64,000 nt of DNA from Octopus sinensis (Eukaryota), in assembly GCF_006345805.1 (NCBI RefSeq), contig NC_042999.1, forward strand, positions 98,208,001-98,272,000, written 5' to 3'. Below the pieces are notes generated by a model. It was not told the origin of the DNA and did no database searches. It was given only the letters and a program-made list of their open reading frames with translations. Shown here piece after piece: positions 14,035 through 24,300 of this stretch; position 1 is the stretch's first letter; each line of letters begins with the position of its first letter. The translations under genes and the position numbers were made by a program.

Positions 14035-14241
14035 TGTTACACACTTCTGCGGGAGACCAGGGAACAGAAGAAAGAAGAAGAAAGAAGACATGCACCCAAT
14101 ACCAGAGCTGAAGACACCTCCGAAAGGGGGGCCCCGCCACGTCAAAACGATAGAGGAGTACGGGCCGAAAGTAAGGGCTAATAAAGGAGCTGTTGTGGTA
14201 GCAGAGCACGAAGCAATTGAAATTCCTCAGATCACATAACA
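14035..14241 (+). mobile_element. Probable solo LTR (Gypsy-like termini)
   Basis: Starts TGTTAC, ends ATAACA; AATAAA at 14180; GC-richer than flanks; 4-bp flanks TAAA/CAAA (one mismatch). Confidence 0.4.
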
Positions 14242-15164
14242 CAAAACAAATGAGATAGAAAAACATAGATGAAGGATTTGAGAACCTCACTGTGACAAAC
14301 AAACTACAAAATACGACAAACTTCATAAAAATGATAAAACTAGACATATGTACATTCACACACACACGCATACACACACACACACACAAACACACACACT
14401 TGAACACATACACGCGTACATTCATACATAAATACACACGCATGTATAACACAGTTGTTCGAGTATAAGTAGAATCACATACAAGCATGCTAAGAAGAAT
14501 ACATAGATAGATATATACAAATATGTACAGACAAACTGGTAAGCAGACAGTCAGTCAGACATAGATATATTAGTAACTATGACACCATCAGAAACATGCT
14601 ATTTTCGTAGATGAATTCAGTATACGATTTATTAAAATCGAATGTAATAAATTGTCTATTATAGGTTTCCACCACACTGCTTTCTTATCAATATTAACTT
14701 TGAAAATAACATCTGATTCTGCATCATTTAAAAAATATACAAATGCAAGATTTGCCAGACGAGAGTAAGAAAGAAAATTGATGGATGGAAAAATAATAAC
14801 AATTTTGAATGACTGCTATTGATAACATGCAGCTCTCTATGTAAGCAGCTAAGCATAATTTTATGCATCCCTAGAAAAGTATGTAATCCAATGATACATA
14901 CTTACATCCATATATACATGCACACGCACATACACATATATATGTACATTCACACATGCACACACGCATATCCAAAGGGTTATGTTTATTTGTATATATG
15001 AGTGTATATATCTAATTTATCTATAAATATGTGTGTCTATGTAAATACATGTATTTTCGTATGTAGGTATGCATATAAGTGTGTATGTGCAAATGTGCAT
15101 ATATGTGTATGTATATGTGCATATGTATGTGTACGTACATAAATGTGTACATATGAATGTATGC

Positions 15165-15214
<50 letters not shown>

Positions 15215-15959
15215 GCGTGTATGTGTGTGTGTGTATAAATGGCAATTTCTGTCTGTCAATCTTACTGTTACCATCTTGCTGCCTCCACTAGTGAGCCAAT
15301 CTTAACGAAACTTTGCATACATGCTAAACTAACATCCAGTTCAATTAAAGGGTAATTGGATTTCAATAAAAATCTTTAATGGACCCCATAGGGATTTGGG
15401 TTATTATTTGATAAAATGAGAAGGGTGCAAAGAGTGTTAGTGTGAGAAAAATGTTGTGACATAGTGAGTGTGGCTGATATCAGGGAAAATGAGAACAGGA
15501 AATATAGAGTGACAGTAGGATGGTAACATTAATACAGCTGTCATTCACGGATATACACGCGACGCTGCATATATACTTTCGTAAATACATAGATACCTGC
15601 ACACATACACACACACACACCACACACATACGCACACACACACATACTACACACACACACACTTGAACATACACATAAATAACTTTTGAAACACCGAGGA
15701 AGAAAAAAGTGGAAGTGAGGAATACCTAGCTTTAAGGAGAAAGGGTATAGGCGGCTTTTCTGCTGCCCATCGAAAAAAAATATTCTCTCTCTCTTTCACA
15801 CACACACACACACACATATATATACGTACATACATACACAAGTCTACTATACATTTTAAACTCGTGATTACCTGTACGTTTGTAAATGTGTGTTTGTGTG
15901 TGTGTGTGTGCATGTGTATGTGACGTCATATAACTGTCTGTCTCTCTACTTTAATTTTG

Positions 15960-16110
15960 GGGGAGGGTGCTAGTCGATTACATCAACCCCAGTGTTCAAC
16001 TGGTATTTAATTTATCGATCTCCGAAAGGATGGAAGGTAAAGTTGATCTCGGCGTAATTTGAATCCAGAACGTGCAGACGGACGAAAGCGCTAAGCATTT
16101 TCCCCGCGTG
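15960..16110 (-). mobile_element. SINE family B, partial
   Basis: GTCGATTACATCAACCCCAG..ATCGATCTCCGAAAGGATGGAAGGTAAAGTTGATCTCGGC. Confidence 0.75.
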
Positions 16111-16973
16111 CTAACGATTCTGCCAGCTCTTTAATATTGACACAAGGTAACACCAGTCAATGTTTAACCCAGTTACTGTGTAATGGAGCTACAGTGTAAC
16201 CGCGCAAACATTTAACCAACACGACCGCATAAAACGGGAAGATGTTTACAAGAAACTATATAACCAGTCTGTTATATACCTAGGCAACCATGTAATTAAC
16301 CAAGCAAATATCTGGTCTGGACATTTTATTTGGAGATCCTGATATAACAAGGCAATCAAGTAACTAAACTGTTATGTAATCAGGCAACAATATAATACGA
16401 TAGCGTTTGATTTAAAGAAGACTTCGGCTATAATTTTAGCAGATCCAGTCACTATTTAGAGGCTCTCTCATTTGCTTGCTACCATTGTTGCTACTGTTGT
16501 TGTCGGTGCTGTTATTATTGTTTCTTTTATCGTTAATAATAGCGCTGTTACTTGTGTTTTATTATTATTATTGATGATTTTCCTAGTAGTTTAAATTCTA
16601 TGCTCTCTCATTGTGTGTAAGGAGATAGAAGAGTGTGTATACGGACATATTATATCATTAGCAATTAGTGTTTCCAATTAAAGACGTATTTTATTCTGTT
16701 TTTGATGTGTTGCATTTTACAGACACTCCTGAATACACATTTATTAAACGCACTCTCTTAAGTATACAATCCTTTATACACAGTAATCACAAAAATCATC
16801 ATAAAACCTGATTCTCAAATTTTTTTGATGTTCTCTCTTGATAAAATGTATGTGTGTATGTATGTATGTTTATATTTTGTATGTATATATTCACTCATAC
16901 ACACATATACATACATATACGCATACACACGCACGCACACACATAGACACATGCGCACACACAAACACACAAA

Positions 16974-17027
<54 letters not shown>

Positions 17028-17213
17028 ATATATATAGGTCATAACAGTTAGTGATCTGATAATCAGAAGCCAGTTATTAGTAACTTGTAAAGCTGAAGAT
17101 CCTGATCGTGACGGGGCCTTCGGCAACGGACCCACCGTGATCCTTCTTACTTGATCGCTGAAGAAAGCCATCGACACCTTGGCTCGACACCAGTGGCATG
17201 TACATATGCATGT

Positions 17214-17599
17214 TGTGGAGGCGCAATGGCCCAAGTGGTTAGGGCAGCGGACTCGCGGTCATAGGATCGTGGTTTCGATTCCCAGACCGGGCGTTGTGAG
17301 TGTTTATTGAGCGAAAACACCTAAAGCTCCACGAGGCTCCGGCAGGGGATGGTGGTGATCCCTGCTGTACTCTTTCACCACAACTTTCTCTCACTCTTAC
17401 TTCCTGTTTCTGTTGTACCTGTATTTCAAAGGGCCGGCCTTGTCACTCTCTGTGTCACGCTGAATATCCCCGAGAATTACGTTAAGGGTACACGTGTCTG
17501 TGGAGTGCTCAGCCACTTACACGTTAATTTCACGAGCAGGCTGTTCCGTTGATTCGGATCAACCGGAACCCTCGTCGTCGTAACTAACGGAGTGCTTCC
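17214..17599 (+). mobile_element. Full-length tRNA-derived SINE family C with 12-bp target-site duplication
   Basis: A box TGGCCCAAGTGG and B box GGTTTCGATTCC; TSD ACATATGCATGT at 17202-17213 and 17600-17611; tail block recurs at ~20165-20260. Confidence 0.9.
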
Positions 17600-17659
17600 A
17601 CATATGCATGTGTATATATGTGAGAATTTACATGTGTATGTAAGTGCATATGGAAGATG

Positions 17660-17920
17660 GATACTTTCATCTACAGTGTCCAAATATTACTGACTTGTAG
17701 AAGTATGTCGAGCAGCTGTTATTTATGTGTAGAACAGATCCGGCTATCGGCCGAGTCTATCAGAAGATCGTTCCACTGCCCACTTTAAAAAAGCTGAAGA
17801 GGTAGTTTTCATCTATTTGGTGGAGAGTTCAAGTGTTTTGGCGAGCATGGTGTGGCCATTACTCCCAAGTCCGATCCGGCCCATAAAGACAGTACTCGTC
17901 CAGAGTCCAAGTTAAGGGTT
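17660..17920 (+). mobile_element. L1/Tx1-clade ORF2 C-terminal remnant
   Basis: Frame-shifted peptides QCPNITDL*KYVEQLL, IRLSAESI and KIVPLPTLKK..VFIYLV resemble the region after the Tx1 zinc knuckle. Confidence 0.55.
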
Positions 17921-18311
17921 AAATACCACAAAACGGTCTTGTGATTGAGACACAAGACTCGGAAGGAAACCGATCCCTTGGCAGAGAAGAAAAAATAAAA
18001 AATAAAAAAAAAAGTGACAGGTACACAATGCTGAAGAATGAATTTGGCGAGTCATCGAACCTGCGAACCATTTCAGTCACCAGCACCAAAGTTACATCTA
18101 CAACATAAGCAACAGTAATAAGTCTACAGGTGCAAAAAAAAATAATAAAAATGCTAACTGCAAGAAAACACATAAGTACAACAACCATAGAAACAGTAAC
18201 AACAACAACAGCAACAACAACACAGTTCTATATTTAAGACATGGGGATCATGTACATTATTTACATTATTTACATTTGACGGATATTTGCCGTCATCTTG
18301 TTTGTTGTTAA

Positions 18312-18353
18312 CACAACGTTTCGGCTGATATACCCTCCAGCCTTCATCAGGTG
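18312..18353 (-). ncRNA. Minimal type I hammerhead ribozyme (Penelope-like)
   Basis: Minus: CAC-CTGATGA-A-GGCTG-GAGGGTATAT-CAGCC-GAAA-CGTT-GTG. Core CUGAUGA and GAAA, 5-bp stem II, palindromic stem III (AACGTT), 3-bp stem I (CAC/GTG), predicted GUU cleavage site. Confidence 0.8.
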
Positions 18354-18427
18354 ACTTGGAGAAATTTCGAACCTAGGCTCTCGTTCCTAAGGTATTTTTC
18401 GATGATATTATTATTATTATTATTATT

Positions 18428-18892
18428 GAGTGAGAGAGCAGTTCATGCCATCAAAGTGACACTGGGGTAAAATATACGAAGCCCAATATACCCATCATGA
18501 CTACCCGTCTGATAAGGGTACACCAGGCACATGCATCACAACCATATGTGCGCGACATGGTGATATCATATCAAGATAAACAGCACATGACCTTGCAGGT
18601 GGGGCCCAGTTAGAATTTTCTTCAGGTTGAGTAGCCCATCCCACTCGAAAGGTCCCCGAATAAGGGTTGTTTAAGGATGTTGAAAGAACCACCCATGTTT
18701 CCAGAGGTGAATTATTCAAACCCCAAAGAATCCCTCTCAACACATGGCTATGATGCTCCCCCACTACTTCTGCTCGTGATCAGAGATGCACATATCGTCA
18801 GCCACTAAGGGACATGCTCAACTGGTTAAGGTCAAACAACTGACAAGCAAATCTGTGGTATTGAGCAGAATATTTGCTGTAGCCCATCTTTT
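18428..18892 (-). mobile_element. Unclassified retroposon segment inserted within (AAT)n
   Basis: Non-coding ~465-nt block with (AAT)n on both sides, reading into (AAT)n on the minus strand like a LINE/SINE 3' tail. Confidence 0.55.
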
Positions 18893-18906
18893 AAAAATTA
18901 AAAATC

Positions 18907-18969
<63 letters not shown>

Positions 18970-19869
18970 CCACTGCCTGGAATCGAATTCGGAATCTTGG
19001 GGTTAGTAGCCCGCGATCTTAACCATTATACCATATGCCCGTGGGCAGCAGCAGCAGCAGCAGCAACAACAACAACAACAACAGCACAGCAGCAGCAACA
19101 ACACCATAGCTAAACCCATTACCGTATCAGTATCAAAAGCAACAGTTAACGATACAATCCTCCAAAAAACCATCGCAAAAATATTAGAAACAACAACAAC
19201 AAAAAAGCAGCAATAACAACACGAACAAAGTATCAGCAGCAGTGACAGAAACTGCCAAAGATACAAAACCACTCCTCTTCAACTTCTCTATTATACAAAA
19301 GACGGTAATGAGATTAAGAATTACATGAAACAAAACAATAACAAAATAGAAACAGAAAGTGAGAGCTTTGAAAAGCTTATTCTAAAACCACCAACAAACT
19401 GACTTCTGGTGAAAACATCACCAGACCTTTAGTAACGACCTTTACGGCTTACTGTGGCTCGTGACAGAAAAACTGGAGAGTAGTAAGAAATGAGTAATAG
19501 CAGATAATATAAAGATTTGTAACAGGTGATGGATGAGAAAAAACGTCGGATTTGTATGGTCTGTTGTACAAGATTTATGGTTAAACGCCTATTATTCATC
19601 CCTATTTTGGCAGATATCTATTGTAACTGACAAGTTGGTAATATTCCTGGCTATAATAACTGAGGAATGACGGTGCTACTGAGGAAGGAGAACAAAATGG
19701 GGGCATCAGTGACAATGTTTGTCAAACGCAGTCTTTAGAAAAGCTACATCTCATGTAATACAACGTCGAAAGGGAGTCATAAACCAAAATTTAGTGTGAA
19801 TTCTAATACACACGAAACATCAATGCTCATCGATGCTCCGTTAGTAATCGATGCTCCATAAGTATTTCG

Positions 19870-20150
19870 TAGTAATCAGTGTAGTTAATTTTTCAATGCT
19901 TCGATCGTATCAGTGTAGATGCTACATCTACACGGTGGTTAGATTAAATTACTACCCATCGGAACCGTTTAACCTTTTCAAATCATACTCTGTCTACCCA
20001 TGGTGTTCTTTCTCATCGTTTTTGTTTTTTTGGGCCCTAAGCCAAAGCTGCAGGACCTGGAGGTGTTCCACTCGAACTGGGGTCGTGCTAGTATCGAGAT
20101 GGCTGAAATCGTACTCAAAATGTCACACATTGTGTCACACTGACTCTGCT
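19870..20150 (+). mobile_element. L1/Tx1-clade reverse transcriptase remnant
   Basis: ORF 19851..20165 contains VVRLNYYPSEPFNL, matching the SEPFSI..SVRQGCP region of the better-preserved copy at 35280-36080. Confidence 0.6.
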
Positions 20151-20459
20151 TGGGAATTATGTTAAAGAAACACGTGTCTGCAGAATGCTCAGTCACTCAC
20201 AAGTTAATTCAGGAGCAGATAACTTAAGTGATCGAATAACCAAGTGTTCATCTTTGAACTATTGAGATTCACAATATGCGTGTATGTCTGTTTGTGAGTG
20301 TGTGCATGCGTTTATCAACAAATACATTTGAATATATAAACTGGAGAAAAGCTATTTAGTAATTAATAATGTAATAGAGTTTATGTATTCATTTAAATCT
20401 CCAGCACTGCTCAGTTTCTCCTCTTCTCCGATCTTTCAAGCAACAAAAACACGTGCTGG

Positions 20460-20522
<63 letters not shown>

Positions 20523-20658
20523 ACGTGTGTGTGTGCACGTGTGTGTGTGCACGTGTGTGTGTGCACGTGTGTGTGTGCACGTGTGTGTGTGCACGTGTGT
20601 GTGTGTGTATAAACGGTGAAACTCGATGTTAATGTAGCTATAAATCATATTGTAGATA

Positions 20659-20767
20659 CTGGGTTAAAAAAACGCTTGAATAGAAAAGTCAAAGGTTGTC
20701 TGTGTGACTAGAACCCACATCTTCTGCAAACGTGATCGAAATCCTACCATTGTACCAAAGCAATCTT
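20659..20767 (-). repeat. Degenerate tRNA-like short element, copy 1
   Basis: Minus: TGGTACAATGGTAG (A-box-like)...GGGTTCTAGTCAC (B-box-like); diverged direct repeat of 20923-21031. Confidence 0.5.
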
Positions 20768-20790
20768 TTGAATTTTTCCTTTCGTTTCAG

Positions 20791-20890
20791 AAGTTTCAAT
20801 TTTACTACTGAGAATTCTGTTATGGCATAAGAATTTAGAAATTCCGAGAGACATAAAAGACATCTTTTTAAACGATGGAACTCGGAGTAG
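20791..20890 (+). other. Candidate 100-nt spliced exon
   Basis: Strong acceptor TTTTTCCTTTCGTTTCAG| and strong donor AG|GTAAGA; only one frame is open (VSILLLRILLWHKNLEIPRDIKDIFLNDGTRS); an alternative ATG lies near the 3' end (AACGATGG). No homologue recognised. Confidence 0.35.
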
Positions 20891-20922
20891 GTAAGACTTT
20901 AATTATAGCATATATATATATA

Positions 20923-21031
20923 TTGGATTAAAGATAGTCCTTGAATGGAGAGCGTCGAAGGTTACCCGTGGCACTTGAATCCACCTCTGTAAGCATGGGT
21001 GACGTTCTACCATTTTATCAAAGCAATCCTT
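20923..21031 (-). repeat. Degenerate tRNA-like short element, copy 2
   Basis: Minus: TGATAAAATGGTAG...GGATTCAAGTGCC; shares CTACCATT.TA.CAAAGCAATC with copy 1. Confidence 0.5.
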
Positions 21032-22262
21032 CGGCTACTCGATGAGAGTTAACTTTGGGACTAAACAGCAACATCAGCACAACCAATCCTGTATAGTCTG
21101 TACCTCTATAAGCATACGACCATCAATCGCTGAAACGATTTCGAATAATAAAATACCTGTAATGTGACTAGCACAAGCAGTATTCTGGTCAACGTCTTCA
21201 AGGCTTGTGCTCACAAGCTAACGCTTATGCTTCTTTCTATTTATCATATGATCTGCAAACATACAACAGTATGTCCTTTGATGAAAAAAAACTAACACTT
21301 CAGACCTTTTAAGCTATTGAACTTGATTGCTCTTATCTATAACAAATCCAGTGGTAGCGACTGTAAAGATTGCCACTTTCCCTTTTCAGTAACAATTTGT
21401 ATGGTTTCCGCAAAGCCAAGCCTACTGAAGAAATAGAAGAGATCTATTTCGAATCACTGTTGCGTTTGAAAACTGGAGTGAAACAAAATTGTTGCTACTC
21501 GTGACATGTCCACCTAAAAGACACATGGCAGTAATGTCTGCCTAACAGTCCCAATTGATTTGTGTCGGAAATTTCCTCCATAGGCCATCTCATTAAAGAA
21601 CATGTTTGCCGTGTCTTTTCTAGTCTTCATTCTACCAAATTACCACCTGATTCAGTTCTCTCTCATCTTTGAAAATCTGTCATGGTGATCAAAACATATA
21701 CCACACAACCACATCACAAGTTACATCACAAAATTATTTTATTAAAATTAACTGAAAATATTACAAATATTGAAGAAACAAATAATAATTCAGTGTTTCA
21801 TAAACTTTTTGCTCAGTTAGAAGACAATTATAACAATATTATTAACAATGCACTTCAGTTATTAGATATTAGACCTAAATGCCAAACAAGGATGTTTTTT
21901 TATTACAAACATTAACTGCATTAATTTGTGAATATACTACATAAATCATCACTTCAAAGTATACAATTACTTGAAAAGACGCCACTATATGTATGTATGT
22001 ATATATGTACGTAAGTATGTATGTATGTATGTATGTATGTATGTATGTATGTATGTATGTATGTATCTATGTATGTATGTATGTACGCATGCATGCATGT
22101 ATGTATGTATATATGTATATACATACACACACATACATTTATATATATATATACATATACATACATACATTTATAAATGTTATATTTATATGAATGTATA
22201 TACTTATAGAATATGTATTCAATATATATGTGTGGTTGTGTGTGTATGTATGTATTTGTACA

Positions 22263-22294
<32 letters not shown>

Positions 22295-22296
22295 AA

Positions 22297-23316
22297 CTAG
22301 CAGCATAGCCCGGCGTTGCCCGGGTATGTAAGAGCCCCTAGTAGGCAACGACTAATCCCGATCTAGTCCTTTCCCTCTAGAGAACGAAGGCGCATGTGTA
22401 GGTTGCAATGTCTTCTCTTCACTCGAATACTTCTGCGTATACGACGATCCTATGCCAAGATTATGTTGTCTGGTCATGTTTTGTCTCGTTGACTGCTTGA
22501 AGTGGCGGTGTTGAGGGTAAAGTCTCGAATGTAATTTCTTCCTGGTAGGAATTTGTTCACCAAAACTTAGGTTAGTCTGGAGGTTTCGATGTAATCTTTG
22601 GTTTGTATGTGAGATACCTTGAAGATTAAGTCTAGATTTCCTCCTGTGGGTTGAATTATCGATAGCTGTTTGATTGTAATTTGGGGGAGTAAGAGAGAAG
22701 GTCGAGTTGCGTCCCCTAGACAGTCTGTGGTTTGTGTTTAATACACAAATCGGTTTGCTATGTGTGCCACATATGATTTAATTAACCGATTTTTTCCAGT
22801 AATAAAGTATCCTATTGGAATAAAAAGGGCCATATAGCTCATTGGAGCAGACATGATGCTCACTGTGAATTTAAAAAAAAAATCCTACCAATTTGTTAAA
22901 GATATTGTCGAAAATATGTCATCTTGAATTTGAACGTGATTTCCCAAAATGGCATGATTTTATCGATTTTTTCTGATGGTAAGGTATTGCATGGAAAACT
23001 AACGTCAGAATTAAGTTTCTTAGGGTAATATTAAGCTTCATCGTGAGTTTGGTGAAAATCGATTACAAGTTGCGAAAACTACAACAGAAAATGTGTTGCA
23101 TATGAAAAGCTTAGATTCTCGACCCCATGTCGAACTTATCAATTTTTTTCAGAACGGGGGGAACTTTTCAAAATTTTCGCTGCGTTAGTTTTGAATTATG
23201 ACATTGGGCTATGTGTGCGTCAAGTTTCATCAGAATCGGTTGAAAGCCGTGGTCAGGGTGAGGGTACAACCTGACAGACACACAGACAGACAAACTGCCT
23301 TTTATACAGAGAGAGA
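22297..23316 (-). mobile_element. Non-autonomous Helitron
   Basis: Minus strand begins A|TC, ends with hairpin CCCGG-GCAACG-CCGGG (22309-22324) then CTAG|T; no TSD, as expected for Helitrons. Confidence 0.8.
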
Positions 23317-23499
23317 TATATGCATATATAAATATATGTATATATTTGTATATATGTATATACATATATACACACACACATACATACATACATACATACA
23401 TACATACATACATACATACATACATACATACATACATACATACATACATACATACCTACATATATACATACATACATATATGCATACATGCATGCATAC

Positions 23500-23965
23500 T
23501 CGAAGCGACAGGTCGCGTGTTTGGCGTGGGAGACTTTTTATCGAAAAAACGATGAATACTATCTCCAACTTTGGAGCCACAACTAGCTGCCTTGTTAACT
23601 AACCGGTTAATCTTCAAATGAATTAACTGAGGGAGCCTTTTTCGACTGAAACTTGAATTTAGCATGCAGCGACTTACTACAAACAACATGGCTGGACACA
23701 ACATCAACAACAACTAAACAATCGATGGACAGAACGAAAACAATAGCTCAACAGGTAAACAAATGTTTTCTAGCAGTAGTTATAGAAGAAACCGTTAACT
23801 ACAAAATTCATTTCTCTTGGAGTTATGAATTGAATAATGATCTATTTAACTGCTACGAAAAAGCGAAACAAAACCCCACTGTCGGCTATATGAAACGATT
23901 GAAATCATATTGGGACGATCTGCATCCAGAATTAAAGCATTTACTGGCACGGCAAACGCATTGTA
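23500..23965 (+). mobile_element. RLE-type (R4/Dong-like) LINE 5' UTR and ORF start, preceded by (TACA)n
   Basis: MAGHNINN...WSYELNNDLFNCYEKAKQNPTVGYMKRLKSYWDDLHPEL is homologous to 49331..49618 (minus); the 5' UTR also aligns between the two copies. Confidence 0.75.
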
Positions 23966-23969
23966 AGCC

Positions 23970-24147
23970 ACTGTTTTATTGAATGCAGAGAGTTCTGAGG
24001 TCCAAAATTTATTCAGCTGTAATATTCTTTAGTGACACGTGTTTTGTTACTGGTGCCACTGCGAGATATATTTTCATCCACCCCTAGAAGCCTGTAACAT
24101 TCTTTGTCAGATACAGAGGAAACAGTCAAATCTTTGACGGAGATGCT
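23970..24147 (-). mobile_element. Inverted RT-thumb fragment of an RLE-type LINE
   Basis: Minus: ISVKDLTVSSVSDKECYRLLGVDENISRSGTSNKTRVTKEYYS resembles YKYLGI.E...K.K..KEY of R4/Dong RT. Confidence 0.6.
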
Positions 24148-24300
24148 ACATACATACACGCCTACATACATGCATGCATACATACATACATACATACATA
24201 CATACATACATACATACATACATACATACATTTATACATACATACATATATACATACATACATACATACATACATACATACATACATACATACATACATA

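Larger units (their letters stand above)
18223..19046 (-). mobile_element. tRNA-headed SINE with internal (AAT)n and hammerhead-ribozyme-bearing body, interrupted by a nested insertion
   Basis: Minus strand: head 19046-18966 (A-box-like TGGTATAATGG, B-box-like ATTCGATTCC), (AAT)n 18965-18910, insertion 18892-18428, (AAT)n 18427-18406, body 18404-18223 containing the hammerhead core. Both outer flanks are (CAA/CAG)n. Confidence 0.65.

Noticed and set aside
18966-19046. Possible genuine tRNA gene
   Set aside because: Acceptor, anticodon and T stems pair poorly and it runs into (AAT)n; treated as a SINE head.
21040-21680. Possible SWIM-type or other transposase remnant on the minus strand (..CASHITGILLF..)
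   Set aside because: All frames are riddled with stops and only one weak motif is present; cannot be supported without a search.
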